A DNA stretch of 64,000 nt from Zootoca vivipara (Eukaryota). This document shows positions 1 to 12,750 of the stretch, piece by piece. How positions within the stretch are numbered: the first letter of the stretch is position 1; each line of letters opens with the position of its first letter. The notes below the pieces were generated by a model, which worked only from the letters and a program-made list of their open reading frames with translations, ran no database searches and had not been told where the DNA came from. The position numbers and the translations under genes were made by a program. The stretch is taken from the NCBI RefSeq assembly GCF_963506605.1, contig NC_083288.1, forward strand, positions 28,210,001 to 28,274,000. The letters are read 5' to 3'.

Positions 1-730
1 GTCCTGTCTGGATATTGTCTGCACCTCTGTCATTATTCCCAAGATGCTTGAAAACCTCCTATCAAAGGACAAAACTATTTCATTTGTTGGTTGTGCCTTT
101 CAAATGAGTGGCTTCCTCATCACAGGGGCAGCAGAGTGCTTCCTCTTGGCTGCCATGGCATATGACCGCTATGTTGCCATTTGCCGGCCCCTGCATTACA
201 CCCTGATTATGAGCAGTAGTGTGTGCTTTGGACTGGTTGCAGCTTCGTGGCTAGCTGCCATTCCAGTGCAACTTGGGCAGACTTTCCTGGTGTTCACCTC
301 TTATTTCTGTGACTCCAAAGAAATTAACCACTTCTTCTGTGACTTCCCTGCTGTGGTCAAACTTGTATGTGGAGATACATCTACAAATGAGAAGATGGCT
401 CTGGTGGAGGTAGCTTTACTTGGACTAATACCCTTTGCATTGATCTTCATGTCCTACATGTGCATCGCCTCCACCATTTTCAAGATGCCATCTGTGGAAG
501 GGAGGCAAAAGGCCTTCTCAACATGCTCCTCACATCTCATGGTAGTGATGTTGTTTTATGGCTCTGGAATAACTGTGTATTTGAAACCTAAAAGCCATTT
601 TCATGACACAGACAAAAGCCTTTCACTCTTGTACACTGTCCTGCCACCTTTGTTAAATCCTCTTATTTACAGTTTGAGGAACAAGGAAGTCAGAGTTGCT
701 CTCAGAAGTGTATTTTCCACTCATCCCTAA
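1..730 (+). CDS. Olfactory receptor, class II; 5' end lies outside the window
   Basis: Motifs PKML, MAYDRYVAIC, HFFCD, KAFSTCSSHL and PLLNPLIYSLRN. The frame is open back to the window start. Confidence 0.93.
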   Translation, partial: SCLDIVCTSVIIPKMLENLLSKDKTISFVGCAFQMSGFLITGAAECFLLAAMAYDRYVAICRPLHYTLIMSSSVCFGLVAASWLAAIPVQLGQTFLVFTSYFCDSKEINHFFCDFPAVVKLVCGDTSTNEKMALVEVALLGLIPFALIFMSYMCIASTIFKMPSVEGRQKAFSTCSSHLMVVMLFYGSGITVYLKPKSHFHDTDKSLSLLYTVLPPLLNPLIYSLRNKEVRVALRSVFSTHP

Positions 731-941
731 CTCATATGAAATATGGAAGTGTATACAAAAGGGGGGGATTAAGCTGTAAATTCTGGTTAGACATCCTGTT
801 CTGTTGGTACATTTATGTGTGGTGTTTGATTATGTTTCTATGATGAGGATGTACAGAAGCAGTCATCCAATTATCATAGATATTTCTGAACACAAAAAAT
901 AATTCTGAACACAAATGTCAGAAATGTTTTTTTTAAAAAAT

Positions 942-1135
942 AAAAGGTAAAAGACCCCTGGACGGTTAAGTCCAGTCAAAGGCAACTATGGGTTGCAGTG
1001 CTCATCTCGCTTTCAGGTCGAGGGAGCCGGCATTTCTCCACAGATAGCTTTCTGGGTCATGTGGCCAGCATGACCAAACCGCTTCTGGCACAACAGAACA
1101 CTGTGACAGAAACCAGAGTGCATGGAAATGCCAGA
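942..1135 (-). mobile_element. Sauria-type SINE, 3' fragment
   Basis: aaaggtaaa tail plus the conserved 'gggtcatgtggccagcatgac' core shared with the other SINE copies in the window. Confidence 0.7.
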
Positions 1136-1467
1136 ATTACCCTAATGATGTAGGATCATCAAAAGTGCCCTGCTAATTTAGACCAACATCCATCTAGTCT
1201 AGCATCCCATTTCATACAGTGGAGAACTAGATGCATCTGGGAAACCCATAAGCAGACACGAATACCAACTTTCTCTCACACTCTTACTCCCTAGCAACTG
1301 GTACTCAGTGGCGTATTGCTACCATAGTTGGATGTTTCATATAGTCATGACTAGTGACTACATTTAGACCTAATCTTCATGAATTTATGCAAAAGATCTC
1401 TGGTATCAACTATTCTTTTCTAGTGGAACTAAATGGTATTATGTGGAATAGTTTAAGATTACAATTT

Positions 1468-1838
1468 GTTGTTGTTGTTTAGTTGTTTAGTCGTGTCCGA
1501 CTCTTCGTGACCCCATGGACCATAGCACGCCAGGCACTGCTGTCTTCCACTGCCTCCCGTAGTTTGGTCAAACTCATGTTCGTAGCTTCGAGAACACTGT
1601 CCAACCATCTCATCCTCTGCCGTCCCCTTCTCCTTGTGCCCTCCATCTTTCCCAACATCAGGGGCTTTTCCAGGGAGTCTTCTCTTCTCATGAGGTGGCC
1701 AAAGTATTGGAGCCTCAGCTTCAGGATCTGTCCTTCCAGTGAGCACTCAGGGCTGATTTCCTTCAGAATGGATAGGTTTGATCTTCTTGCAGTCCATGGG
1801 ACTCTCAAGAGTCTCCTCCAGCACCATAATTCAAAAGC
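1468..1838 (-). mobile_element. Bov-B (RTE) LINE, 5'-truncated copy
   Basis: Near-identical to the 3' end of the full element at 26010-26378, with a (CAA)n tail. TSD attacaattt at 1458-1467 and 1839-1848. Confidence 0.93.
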
Positions 1839-2157
1839 ATTACAATTTAGATCTGGTAAATTTTAGAACGGGTGCTACCAGTAGTTATGCCCTCCAACTT
1901 CCTTCAGGCATATCAGTAAGGCCACTGGTTAGGGATGATGGGAGATGGAGTCAAGCAACATACTGATGGCATAGACCACAGGTTACTCACTCCTGAGTTA
2001 TAGAGTGGTATGTGGGAAAGCATGGTCAACTCCATCATGGACGCTAGCCTCTCTTTCTTGGTGAATCCCATCAAGGTTTGAAATGTTCCATTGCCAAATA
2101 TTTAAAAGCATACAAAATAATCACGTGAAATAACAAAATGACTCACAAAAATGTATA

Positions 2158-2399
2158 CAGTGGTACCTTGCTTGTCAAACTTAATCCGTTCCAGGATTCC
2201 ATTCGATTCCTAAAACTGTTCAAAAACCAAGGTATGGCTTCTGATTGGCTTCAGGAGCTTCCTGCACTGAAGCAGAAGCCGTGCCGGACATTCGGCTTCC
2301 GAAAAACGTTTGCAAACTGGAAGATTTACTTCCGGGTTTGTGGTGTTTGGGAGCCGATTTGTTCGGGAGCCAAGCCATTCGAGTACCAAGGTACCACTG
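2158..2399. mobile_element. Tc1/mariner (Tigger-like) MITE
   Basis: TIRs cagtggtaccttg...caaggtaccactg with TA on both sides. Confidence 0.85.
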
Positions 2400-4216
2400 T
2401 AATTAGCAAGCAATTAACATAACATCCAAAAATAAACCACTTGTATTTGGGGAAACGGAGCATGTGTGACATGAGAGATGAACCCAAGGAACAAAAAATA
2501 TGACTCCCTGGCAACTTGCAGTTCATAACTAATGTTCAATATTCCTGCTTCAACAAATAGCCAAAATCTCTTGAGACGTTCAGCTCAATTTCTTGATGAC
2601 AAATTTCAACCCAAGGGGGTCTTTTGTGATCTGAAACAAGCCCAGAGGGACAGGAAGACTATTAGAGAGATCATAAGACTTCAAAATATTAAGTGAGTCT
2701 ATACCTCAATAAATGAGTCAAGGAGGCCTGCTGTGCACAGACCCACTGCAAATGGCAGTTCTCCATTTACTTGTGGCAGAGGTATTGTATCTTGCACACT
2801 ATACATTTGTGGTTATTTTTTAGAATTTTCAAAACATAAATAATAATATATGTACATTGCATTATCTTTAAAATAAAAAACCTATTTTGATTGAAGATTA
2901 GCATTAATGTACATAAAAATGTACACATGTGCCTATATGTATATGGATTTTTTATATATAAAAAAAGTTAAAGCACCTCGGCTTAACTTCTGCTTCATAT
3001 AATTAATAGATATGTTCTACCACCCAACATGCAATTTATTACAACTTAGTCACCAATCTTAATGTTTCGGAGAAGGAGAGGGAGACATGAGATGGGCACC
3101 AGGGCAGTATATTAGATCAGAATAAAAAAGAATAAATTGAATAAAAATAGAATAAAAAAGAAAGAAATCATAAACAGAGCAAGTAGGCAATTGATTTTAC
3201 TTGTGGAGTCTGGAGGTGAAGCATAAACAACTCAGAAAGTATCTACAACCCTTATCTAAAACTGAAAGTCCTTTCCTCCCATCCTAGAATAACTATACAC
3301 TTTGCTGTTAAAGCGAAACAGCAAATGAATGTTTTATTTCCAATCATATTTCTTCTTTTAAAAAGTTTCGTGTTGAAAATCTGATGAATTTGTAAGCCAA
3401 AACTATATATTTAATTTCTTACAGTCTGCCATTTTTATTTTGAAATGAATATACTATATGGCACATTTGATATCCTTTTTTAAAAAATCACATCCAAATA
3501 AACAAAGAAAATAATTTCCCCCCAAACATAATTTCTTATCTAGGCTTATATAACCACAATTAAAATTCCAATAAGAAATGAAGCACCATCATTAATAGTT
3601 AACTGAGACCCAAATCTCTGCCAAATCAATACATTTTAGTAAACATTCTCAAATTAAAGGAAATTGGTAATCCTCCACCCCCAATATTCCTCCAACCAAT
3701 ATTGGGTCTTTTTTTCTTATGAGAAAAAGGAATTGTAAAGCACAAGTTATACAATGACATTAAACTGTTTGTGTGTGACAGAGAGTGTTTAAGGTGAATT
3801 TATACTGTGCCATTTGTGAATTTATACCTTCATAGAAGCATTAATTGAATTTTATCTTCTCAATGTTTTTCAGGCTATGAGATAATTTCACAACATGCCT
3901 ATTATGAAAAAGACCACATAGAACAGCAATCACAGAGTGTAACCAAACAGCAATCACAGAAAGATCTCTGACGTCTGCAGTTCTTTCTGTTGCTAACATT
4001 TATTTTTAAAAAGGGGAAAGTGCCCAGGGGGAGAAAACCCATTCTGCATTTTCACCCTGACTGTAACCATTCAGCAACTGCAAACTTCACAGATGGGCTT
4101 CAGTCTGGGGGATTTGTGCAATGAATGTTCCTGAAGTTCATGCCCCTATAGCAGCACTTCATACCTCATGTTCAAATATTACTTTAGTACTGTGTGTATG
4201 TTGGATAGAGAACATA

Positions 4217-5176
4217 ATGCAGAGAAACCAGTCTGAAATCACTGAATTTATCCTTCTGGGATTTGGGGAACTTCATCATCTTAAATTCTTCCTGATCCTT
4301 GCATTTTTACTGATCTACATTTTGACCATGGCCTCCAATTTCCTCACCATTCTTCTGATAGTGACTGATCAGCACCTGCACACACCCATGTATTTCTTCC
4401 TGGGGAACTTGTCATGCTTGGAGATGATGTACAGTTCAACTATTCTGCCCAAGATGTTATCTGCTCTTGTGACAGAGGACAAAGCTATTTCCATTAAGGG
4501 TTGCTACACACAGTTTTATTTTGGCTCCTTTTTGGTTTGTACAGAATGCTATCTCCTCTCTGTGATGTCTTATGATCGTTTCTTAGCAATATGCAAGCCT
4601 CTACATTATGCAACACTGATGAATGTTAAGGTCTGTGTCCAGTTAGCAGGGAGCTCTTGGATCAATAGCATTGCAGTCATCTCTATATATTTGGGCTTGA
4701 TGTTACAACTACGGTACTGCGGACACAATGAAATAGATCATTTCTTTTGTGAAGCTCTGCCATTGGTAAAACTATCCTGTAGTGATACATTTCTTGTGAA
4801 ACTTGTCACCTTTGCTGTGGCGTTTATAATCACTTTCCCTCCTTTTATTTCAACCTTGGTCTCTTATATCTATATTATTGCTGCCATCCTGAGGATCCCT
4901 TCCACCACTGGGAGACAAAAGGCTTTTTCTACCTGCTCTTCCCACCTGATTGTTGTCTCTATATTCTATGGGGCCATATTTATCGTCTATCTGATACCAA
5001 AAACTGACACAGTGAGATATTTCAATAAAATATTTTCTCTTTTGTACACAGTCCTGCCCCCTTTACTTAACCCCCTCATATATAGCCTGAGGAATAAAGA
5101 TGTAAAGGATGCAATGAGAAAGGCTGCTGGGAAGATTTTGAAAGTGAAGTGCATGCATCAGAAATTCAAAATGTAA
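4217..5176 (+). CDS. Olfactory receptor, class II, intact (319 aa from MQRNQSE)
   Basis: N-glycan NQS, LHTPMYFFL, MSYDRFLAIC, KAFSTCSSHL and NPLIYSLRN. The ATG at 4217 gives a canonical OR length; the ORF-track start at 4121 is probably an upstream extension. AATAAA lies just after the stop. Confidence 0.95.
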   Translation: MQRNQSEITEFILLGFGELHHLKFFLILAFLLIYILTMASNFLTILLIVTDQHLHTPMYFFLGNLSCLEMMYSSTILPKMLSALVTEDKAISIKGCYTQFYFGSFLVCTECYLLSVMSYDRFLAICKPLHYATLMNVKVCVQLAGSSWINSIAVISIYLGLMLQLRYCGHNEIDHFFCEALPLVKLSCSDTFLVKLVTFAVAFIITFPPFISTLVSYIYIIAAILRIPSTTGRQKAFSTCSSHLIVVSIFYGAIFIVYLIPKTDTVRYFNKIFSLLYTVLPPLLNPLIYSLRNKDVKDAMRKAAGKILKVKCMHQKFKM

Positions 5177-6504
5177 TAGAACTCTTCTCTTATAAATAAA
5201 ACTGAATGGATGTTCACGGAAATTGCCAGCTATTTAGGCTACAATTCTAACCATATCTACACAGAACTAAGACCTTATGAATTTTGAGTAGGCATAGTTA
5301 GGATTCCACTTAATTATGTAAACACTTCCCCATAGAACCATTATATATATCCTAATTCAAAAAATCAGGAGACAAGGCATGTAAATTGAAAACATTTTGC
5401 TTAGAGGTATAAGGCTGTTATGTTGTTGTATATCAGGATATACTGTACAAACTGGGATGTCATATAGCAGTTGTGTGCTTAGCATTGCACACCCCCTGGG
5501 CTGCCAGAACATACTGGTTCCCTTTGGAATAATAGAAATGTGTGATCACTGGCACATTACTTTTAGCAGCATTAATAGCAAATTCTGTGACCCAGCCAGC
5601 CTTATAATGAAAATAAATGCCTACACATTTAAACTTGCTCAATGATGTTTCCACTTATCACTCACTTATGCACTCTCCATGACTTTGCAAGGACCATGTT
5701 TGTTGACTTCTCAGAACTTAGCGTGCACTCGCAATACTCCAAAAAGTGTAGCAATAAGTGGTTTAATCCTCTCTGTGAGTGTGGAAGTACCACCACATCA
5801 TCCAAATATAAAAGTTGCAGAACATGTCTTGTGATGAGTGTTCACTTAAAAATAAGTGTGCCTACTGGGGGCTCATCTTTCCCCCCAACCATGATGATTG
5901 ACTAACGGAAATCTGTAATAAAACATCACCAGCTATGTTTTCTATGTTTATTTAATATCTTTAATACAGGAATTGATGCAGAGAGGTGGAGGTATGTAAT
6001 TTAAGACAGAGTCTTCTGTTCCCTGATTATAATTCAGGTATCTGATATCCACAACAGAATTCTGGACTCAGTGGACCTTTGGTCTGATCCAGCCGGGCTC
6101 TTCTTATTTTCTTCTCATTCTTATTTAGAAACATTCATCAGTCAGAATATTTTTAATGCAATGGTAATCTAGTAACACAATAATGGCAAAACCTACTTCT
6201 CCTCACAACCACATACACACTAAATGGTCAGCACTACCACAGAGGCTAGCTTAGTTACCAAAGCCCTTAGTGAATGAAAAGGTCTTAGCCTGGCACCTAA
6301 AAACTGAACATGATGGTATGTATTTTCCTGTGAAGAGCATTCTACAGCCATTCCAAGCTCTTCCTTCTGGAGTGAGAAAAGGGAAGAAGTTGTAAATGGA
6401 CTGAAGTTACAGCAGCTAGTCCATTGATCTGAAGAGTGTTGTGGTAGGTGGCATTATAAATCTCCATTTGGAACAAAACCACCATCAAAGAAGTGGTAAG
6501 GAGA

Positions 6505-6508
6505 AACA

Positions 6509-6556
<48 letters not shown>
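6505..6556. repeat. (CA)n microsatellite
   Basis: Read directly from the sequence. Confidence 0.95.
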
Positions 6557-6559
<3 letters not shown>

Positions 6560-6780
6560 GGTACCTCGGGTTACAAACACCTTGGGTTACAAACACTTCA
6601 GGTTACAGACTCCCCTAACCCAGAAGTAGTACCTTGGGTTAAAAACTTTACCTCAGGATGAGAACAGAAATCAGACAACGGGAGGCCCCATTAGCTAAAG
6701 TGGTACCTCAGGTTAAGAATGGTTTCAGGTTAAGAATAGACCTCTGGGACAAATTAAGTTCGTAACCAGAGGTACCACTG
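6556..6780. mobile_element. Tc1/mariner (Tigger-like) MITE
   Basis: TIRs cagtggtacctc...gaggtaccactg; related to the element at 51298-51521. Confidence 0.85.
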
Positions 6781-7262
6781 TATATATATATATATTCCAC
6801 ACAGGGGTTCTGTTCCCACCCCCACCCCATATCAGCAGAGCATGTATATGCATGACCCACTCCATTCCATCCGCCCCCATTCTACCCTCTTCCGAGTACA
6901 AACGGACCCACACGTCACCGATCGTACATCAATTGCATCTGATCGCTAGGACTTTGTGCCAGATCCACCCAAAACCTGAATCCTGAACTGAATCAGGTTA
7001 ATTTTGGGAGATCCAGGCTTGGACCAAGTCAGGTCTGTTCTCAGTCAGGTGGCAGTGGATGAGAATCAGCATCTCCTTCTTTCATGTCCCGCCTGACTGT
7101 ATGTTTAGTCAGGGGTTTAAAAAACCCTAATTACACATTAGCTTCCCCCCCCCCCCAATGAATTGGATGAGATTTGGGTGCAGCAAGTAGTGCCCAGATC
7201 AGGTTACAGGTGCAGGGCAGTACTGATCCAACTCCCTCCCTGGTCTTCCTTTTTTCTCTCCC

Positions 7263-8249
7263 CTACTTGTCTTTAACGCTAAACAAGTTAGCTAGCACAT
7301 TTTGAAATATTTTTAAATTTGCTATCCTATTTTTTGCCTTTCTGAATGCCCTTTTCACCTCTTTATTTCTCAGGCTATATATGAGGGGGTTTACTAGAGG
7401 AGGAAGAACTGTATACAAAAGAGAGAAGGCCTTGCTCATTGAAGAGGACTTTGGTAAGAGATACACAGCTGTTAAAGAGCCATAGTAAGTTGAAACAACA
7501 ATGAGGTGAGAGGAGCATGTGGAGAAGGCCTTTTGCCTTCCAGTGGTCGATGAGATTCTTAGGATTGCCTGAATAATGCATATGTAGGATGCTAGAGTCA
7601 GTAGAAATGGAGGCATAGTGTATATAAACAGCAATGTTAAATTGACATGCTCTACCAAATTTGTGTCACTGCATGAAAGTTTTTTAAGTGGAACGGAATC
7701 GCAGAAGTAGTGATCGATTTCATTGGGGCCACAGTATGTAAGCTGCAGCATAGCAGCCATGATTATGGAAATGCCTATGAAACCATTTGTCCAGGACACA
7801 GCTGCTAATTGGACACACTTCCTGGTGTTCATAGCTGTTGCATAATGCAGTGGCTTACATATTGCTAAATACCTGTCATAGGACATCACAGACAGCAAAT
7901 AACATTCTGCACCCAAACAGTAGCCAAAGAAAAATAACTGCAGGAAGCAACTCTCAAATGAAATGACCTTTCCATCCCTCAAGAAGAGAGTGGTAAGCAA
8001 TACAGGGATGAGTGTTGAGCTGTAGCAGATCTCTAAACAAGATAGGTTTCCAAGGAAAAAGTACATGGGGGTGTGAAGGTGCTGATCACTGACTACAAGC
8101 ACAAGAATGAGAAGATTCCCTGCCATGGTGACAATGTAGATAGCAAGGAATCCCAGAAACAGAAGGCCCTGCAGATTCTTTAGCTCTCGGAATCCCAGAA
8201 GGATGAACTGAGTGACATGAGTTTGGTTTTCTCTTACAGGCACTTCCAT
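7263..8249 (-). CDS. Olfactory receptor, class II, intact (328 aa); the only inverted OR in the window
   Basis: NQT sequon, LHTPMYFFL, MSYDRYLAIC, KAFSTCSSHL and NPLIYSLRN. Confidence 0.95.
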   Translation of the reverse strand: MEVPVRENQTHVTQFILLGFRELKNLQGLLFLGFLAIYIVTMAGNLLILVLVVSDQHLHTPMYFFLGNLSCLEICYSSTLIPVLLTTLFLRDGKVISFESCFLQLFFFGYCLGAECYLLSVMSYDRYLAICKPLHYATAMNTRKCVQLAAVSWTNGFIGISIIMAAMLQLTYCGPNEIDHYFCDSVPLKKLSCSDTNLVEHVNLTLLFIYTMPPFLLTLASYICIIQAILRISSTTGRQKAFSTCSSHLIVVSTYYGSLTAVYLLPKSSSMSKAFSLLYTVLPPLVNPLIYSLRNKEVKRAFRKAKNRIANLKIFQNVLANLFSVKDK

Positions 8250-8554
8250 TCATTTCATTTCCTTTCTCTTATGATTCCATTTGGGTGCTACAGTAGAATA
8301 AAACAACCAACACTGTTACTATATTACAAATAGCCAAGTTTTCAGAAATTAAGCACATTTACAATGTAATTCATTTGCTGCACATTTCTTGCCAGCCCCG
8401 CATTTCCACATCACAACAGTTTCAAAACTATTTTTATTGACAATTCCTGAAAAACTGACCTCACCTTTAGAAGCAGTTTGATAAGCAGGAATCAGCAGGT
8501 GAACCTTTTTGAGACATTAAGATAACAATTATCACCTGCTTATGTTTTTTTGCT

Positions 8555-8917
8555 GACCCAGGTGGCGCTGTGGTTAAACCACAGAGCCTAGGGCTTGCTG
8601 ATCAGAAGGTCGGCGGTTCGAATCCCTGTGACGGGGTGAGCTCCCTTTGCTTGGTCCCAGCTCCTGCCAACCTAGCAGTTCGAAAGCACATCAAAATGCA
8701 AGTAGATAAATAGGAACCGCTATAGCGGGAAGGTAAACGGCGTTTCCATGTGCTGCTCTGGTTCACCAGAAGCAGCTTTGTCATGCTGGCCACATGACCT
8801 GGAAGCTGTCTTCGGACAAACACCGGCTCCCTCGGCCAATAATGCGAGATGAGCGCGCAAGCCCAGAGTCGGTCATGACTGGACCTAATGGTCAGGGGTC
8901 CCTTTACCTTTACCTTT
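8555..8917 (+). mobile_element. Sauria (Squam1) SINE, full length
   Basis: tRNA-like head with B box ggttcgaatccc and an (ACCTTT)n tail. TSD-like ttatgtttttt(t)gc on both sides. Confidence 0.92.
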
Positions 8918-11530
8918 ATGTTTTTTGCAAGAAGTGGGTGTTAAAGGCAGTGGCTTGGCAGATGTTTAAAAACTTAACACCCCAAGCCATGTCTTGAATA
9001 AAAATAGAGTTGAAATCAGGAATTCATTTAAGTTAATTACAAATGTAATGTAGTGATCCTTTAGTAAATCAATAATAAATGTTATTGATACATTTAAGGT
9101 TTTTTTTTAATGCACTGATGTAAAATATGCAATTCAGCCATCTGAAAAAGATTGTTTGGTCTCAGTGGCATTGTCTAGAATTATTTATGAATCTTTATCT
9201 CCATTCAGTTAATGGCTAAAATCAGTGATGTTCTTCCACATGAGCAAGTCTTCTCTTTTATATTATTTCAGTTGTACATGCAATCACCATCAGCAGCAAC
9301 TCTGACAGTATACAATAAGTTTTAAGGGGTAAAAAAACCTGGACACCTGGATTTAGACCCCACAAATTAGGTCAGGAGTTATAGTGCTGACTGGTTATTT
9401 CTTTTGCAATCAATGAAGGTGTGCTGCATGCTTCCACAGGTGGTGGGTGAGATCACCCTCCCCATATAGAAGGAACCTTCATGCCTAATGATTGAGAAAC
9501 AATTTTAATGACTGATAAGAAGACTCACACATATCTCTGATTCTTCACATGGACAGACACCTCCACCACCCATTGTATATTATCTCATGAATACTTTGCT
9601 TGTTGGGTGGAAATGGTCTTCCAGACTCACAAGTACTCAAAAAGTAGGGAAAGATGAAATAAGATAACCTGCTCTAAGTTAATAATATATGTCAAATGTC
9701 AAAAAACAAAAACAAAACATGCTTCCCACAAATTGTCAATTGCAATGTCATTCTTTACATATCTGTGGAGAAGTAATCTACATAATTTTTAGTAGGGTAA
9801 GTGAGTATATAATTTGGAGCTGCAATTTATCAAAGAACAGGTTACCTTCATTTTGGTTATAAAAGTTGATATAGTCTTTCTGAAAGAGCAAACGAAATAT
9901 GTATTAACTAACCACCTGGAGGAGTGAGAAGGAAGAGGAGAAGGGAAAGATCTATTCTGTTCTTGCAACAAGGGATATAGCTCTATGATTGTGATTTGTT
10001 GTTCTTGTTTTTTTTTTTTTTAAAAAACCTCCTTTCAGATGCACTAGAAATAAATGGGACTTGAACAGAACTTTAACCTTCTTTTTAAGAAATATATATC
10101 TAGTGACATTTTGTTTGTACAGTACCTTTATGAGATGAAAAGCATATCCAGAGCTCCTGTTCAGTTTGATTTTTTAAAAGATCCAGATTCCAATTTTTTT
10201 TTAAAAAAAAATTGTTTCCTTATCTTTTCATGGATGGTGTGCCTCAACCCTCTGTCCTCTTGAGCTTATTGTATTATGTGTGAAAAATCAAGTGTATTAT
10301 TTATCCTACAACATGCAAACATGGAACCTGTCTCCAGATATTACTAGATGCCCCAATTTGTAAATCTTCTAGAAATTATATTTAATTGGACATCTCAGAG
10401 GGGGGGGGGATTTTGAAATAGCAATCTAAAAATAGTTTTAGATGATTTAGATGATCTCATCAGGTGATCATTAGCTTACTGTTTTGGACAATAATTTGGA
10501 AGTGCAATCCAGGTGTTATTTCCAAATCATGAAAATGTTTTGTACAACATTTTGAGGAAGAAAGCTTTATGACCTTTCATTTCCTGCTCTTACCTAGTAG
10601 CTTTTCAACCAAGATACAGATCATATTAGCACTTGCTTAGCATCATGTACTTCAGGGTTATGGAACACACACATACAGACGTTGATGGATTCCAGCCCCT
10701 GCTACCCATAAATGATGGGTACTCAAGCATGGAAGAGGTACAGCATTCATCCCTGAAAGAAAATGAAAATAAAGGAACTCGGAGAATTGTAACCAGGCAA
10801 TATTAAATGACAATAATACAAAATCATACAATGACAATCATACACACCTCTGGCACGAGTTATTGATGTATGAATTTAGATTTAGCTGGCATCCTCAGGA
10901 ACTACAAAAACTGGTGGGTGTGATTGGTCAAAAATTAAAGATACACGAGAGAAGAATGAAAATAGCTTTAGAAGTCTACATTTCATAGAGATCTGATAAG
11001 AAACTGCCATTAATGGGTACCGAATGTTGACTTTCCAGTATTGTTTTTGGACCATACTAGAGGAAAGCATACCAGAGATGCAACTGTATACAAGGTAGAA
11101 TCTAGACACATATAAAGAACATTGTGAAAATGCTTTTTTTTTTAAAAAAAAAATGAAAACAAAATACTGAATTTGCCATAGCTCACCATCGTCATCTAGT
11201 GTCACATTTGTATAATGCACTTTATGGCACACTAAAAATGTTTTATTTCCAGCTGCATATTGTGTACTTAGAGTAATGCATCACTGCCACTTGCTGTGAT
11301 GCTGAAGGATGGCAGGGTGTTGGGGTTATGTGAATGCATCAGAGGAGCCAATCTGCAACTCCCTCTGGTGCAGCTGTGGAACCCTGACCTTGCCACCTCC
11401 CTGCCCCACCCTTCATCATCCTCTAAGAAGAAGCAGTAACACTGTTTGAAAGTGGCAGCATGGAACTGACCCCTATACAATCACTCCTGGGTGTATTTCA
11501 GTTCATACTGACCATATGTCAGATATTATC

Positions 11531-12032
11531 TGTCATGAATGAGCCAGCCCCTAGGGAAAGTTTGCAACCAGCTCCCAGTGAAGGAAGTAGCCAGGAAGAG
11601 AGAGGGTTAACTGCAAGACAGGATGCTTATAGCCGAGAGTCAACTTCCCCGCCCTTAGGAATGTCAACTGATAGCAGAGTTGGGGGAGAGTCAGTTGGCA
11701 GCTTGCCAGCGCACTAGTGAAGGACAAAATGCAGGGGCTAGAAAGGAAAGCAGCTCAGAGAGCGGGGAGGACCACAGAGGAACTGTTCCAGAGAAGGAAG
11801 AAGAGGTGGGAGCTAACCCCCTCAGTCCAAGGTCTAGACGTATGGGGGTCTTCAAGACAGAATACGTCACAAGAGGAAGTTCAGCTGTTCTCACTGGAAA
11901 CACTCTCCTTAGAAGGGACATCTTTGATTTATGGATGGATGGCTGTGATCACTGCTCCGGTGTACTCTGTTTGTTTTTTGCAATAAATCTTCTTAATTAA
12001 CTACACTCGTTTGTTATCAAGACTCCCTGATA
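11531..12032 (+). mobile_element. Solo LTR (probably Gypsy-like)
   Basis: Ends TGTCA...TGATA, 5-bp TSD ttatc on both sides, AATAAA about 50 nt before the 3' end, length about 500 bp. Confidence 0.65.
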
Positions 12033-12262
12033 TTATCTCTCTCTCTATCAGAAATCATCTTTAATTGATACTTTCATTGTTTTATTAGTTGTGTAAACCA
12101 CTTTGAGGGTCTTTTTTTATAAACAAAGGATGCATAATATTTAATAGCTAACTAAATAAATTGAGACTTCCCTTGACTGTTGAGGTTTAGTTTGTTTCAT
12201 TCAATGAATTTGGTTGTTTATATGAATAGAAGATCCTCCATTTTGTTATCTTTTAATAAATA

Positions 12263-12750
12263 CTAGCTGTACCCAGCCACGTGTTGCTGTGGTTCATCCC
12301 TTAACCCACCCCACCCCGTCCCGTCCCGTCCCATCCTGTCCTGACCCATGACCCGTCCCGAACCCGTCCTGCCCCTATCCCCAACCCAGGCGAGCACCCA
12401 CCTCAATTGAGCCCAGTCTGCTGTTTCATTTCATTTCATTCAGCTGAACCCGAGCTGAGCTGTTTTGGAAAGGGAAGCTTTTCTAGCTGCAGTACCAGCC
12501 ACTAGAGGGCGATGTTTTGCAACCTCTCATGCTCCTGTTTTTTCTGGTTTTTCAAACCAGGTGTGACATCTGTATAATCTTAAGTTTATACATACACTCG
12601 CCTATTCACATGTGACGTTGTGTCCAAATTTCAATGCAATCGGTTAAATGGATTTGGAGAAAAGTGGAATATTACCAACATGGACAGGTTTCGGAGAAAA
12701 GTGGAATATAACCAACATGGACAGCTCACATTTATATATATATATATAGA
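12263..12750 (-). mobile_element. Non-autonomous Helitron
   Basis: On the minus strand it starts TCTATATA, ends with the hairpin ccacagcaacacgtgg followed by CTAG, sits between A and T, and has no TSD. Confidence 0.8.

Noticed and set aside
4121-4216. 32-aa N-terminal extension of the OR in the ORF track
   Set aside because: The ATG at 4217 gives the canonical OR N terminus with the N-glycan site; the extension is probably UTR or intron.
8555-8640. tRNA-like heads of SINEs as tRNA genes
   Set aside because: They have a B box only, no complete cloverleaf, and are continuous with the SINE body. Only 37595-37667 is a true tRNA sequence.
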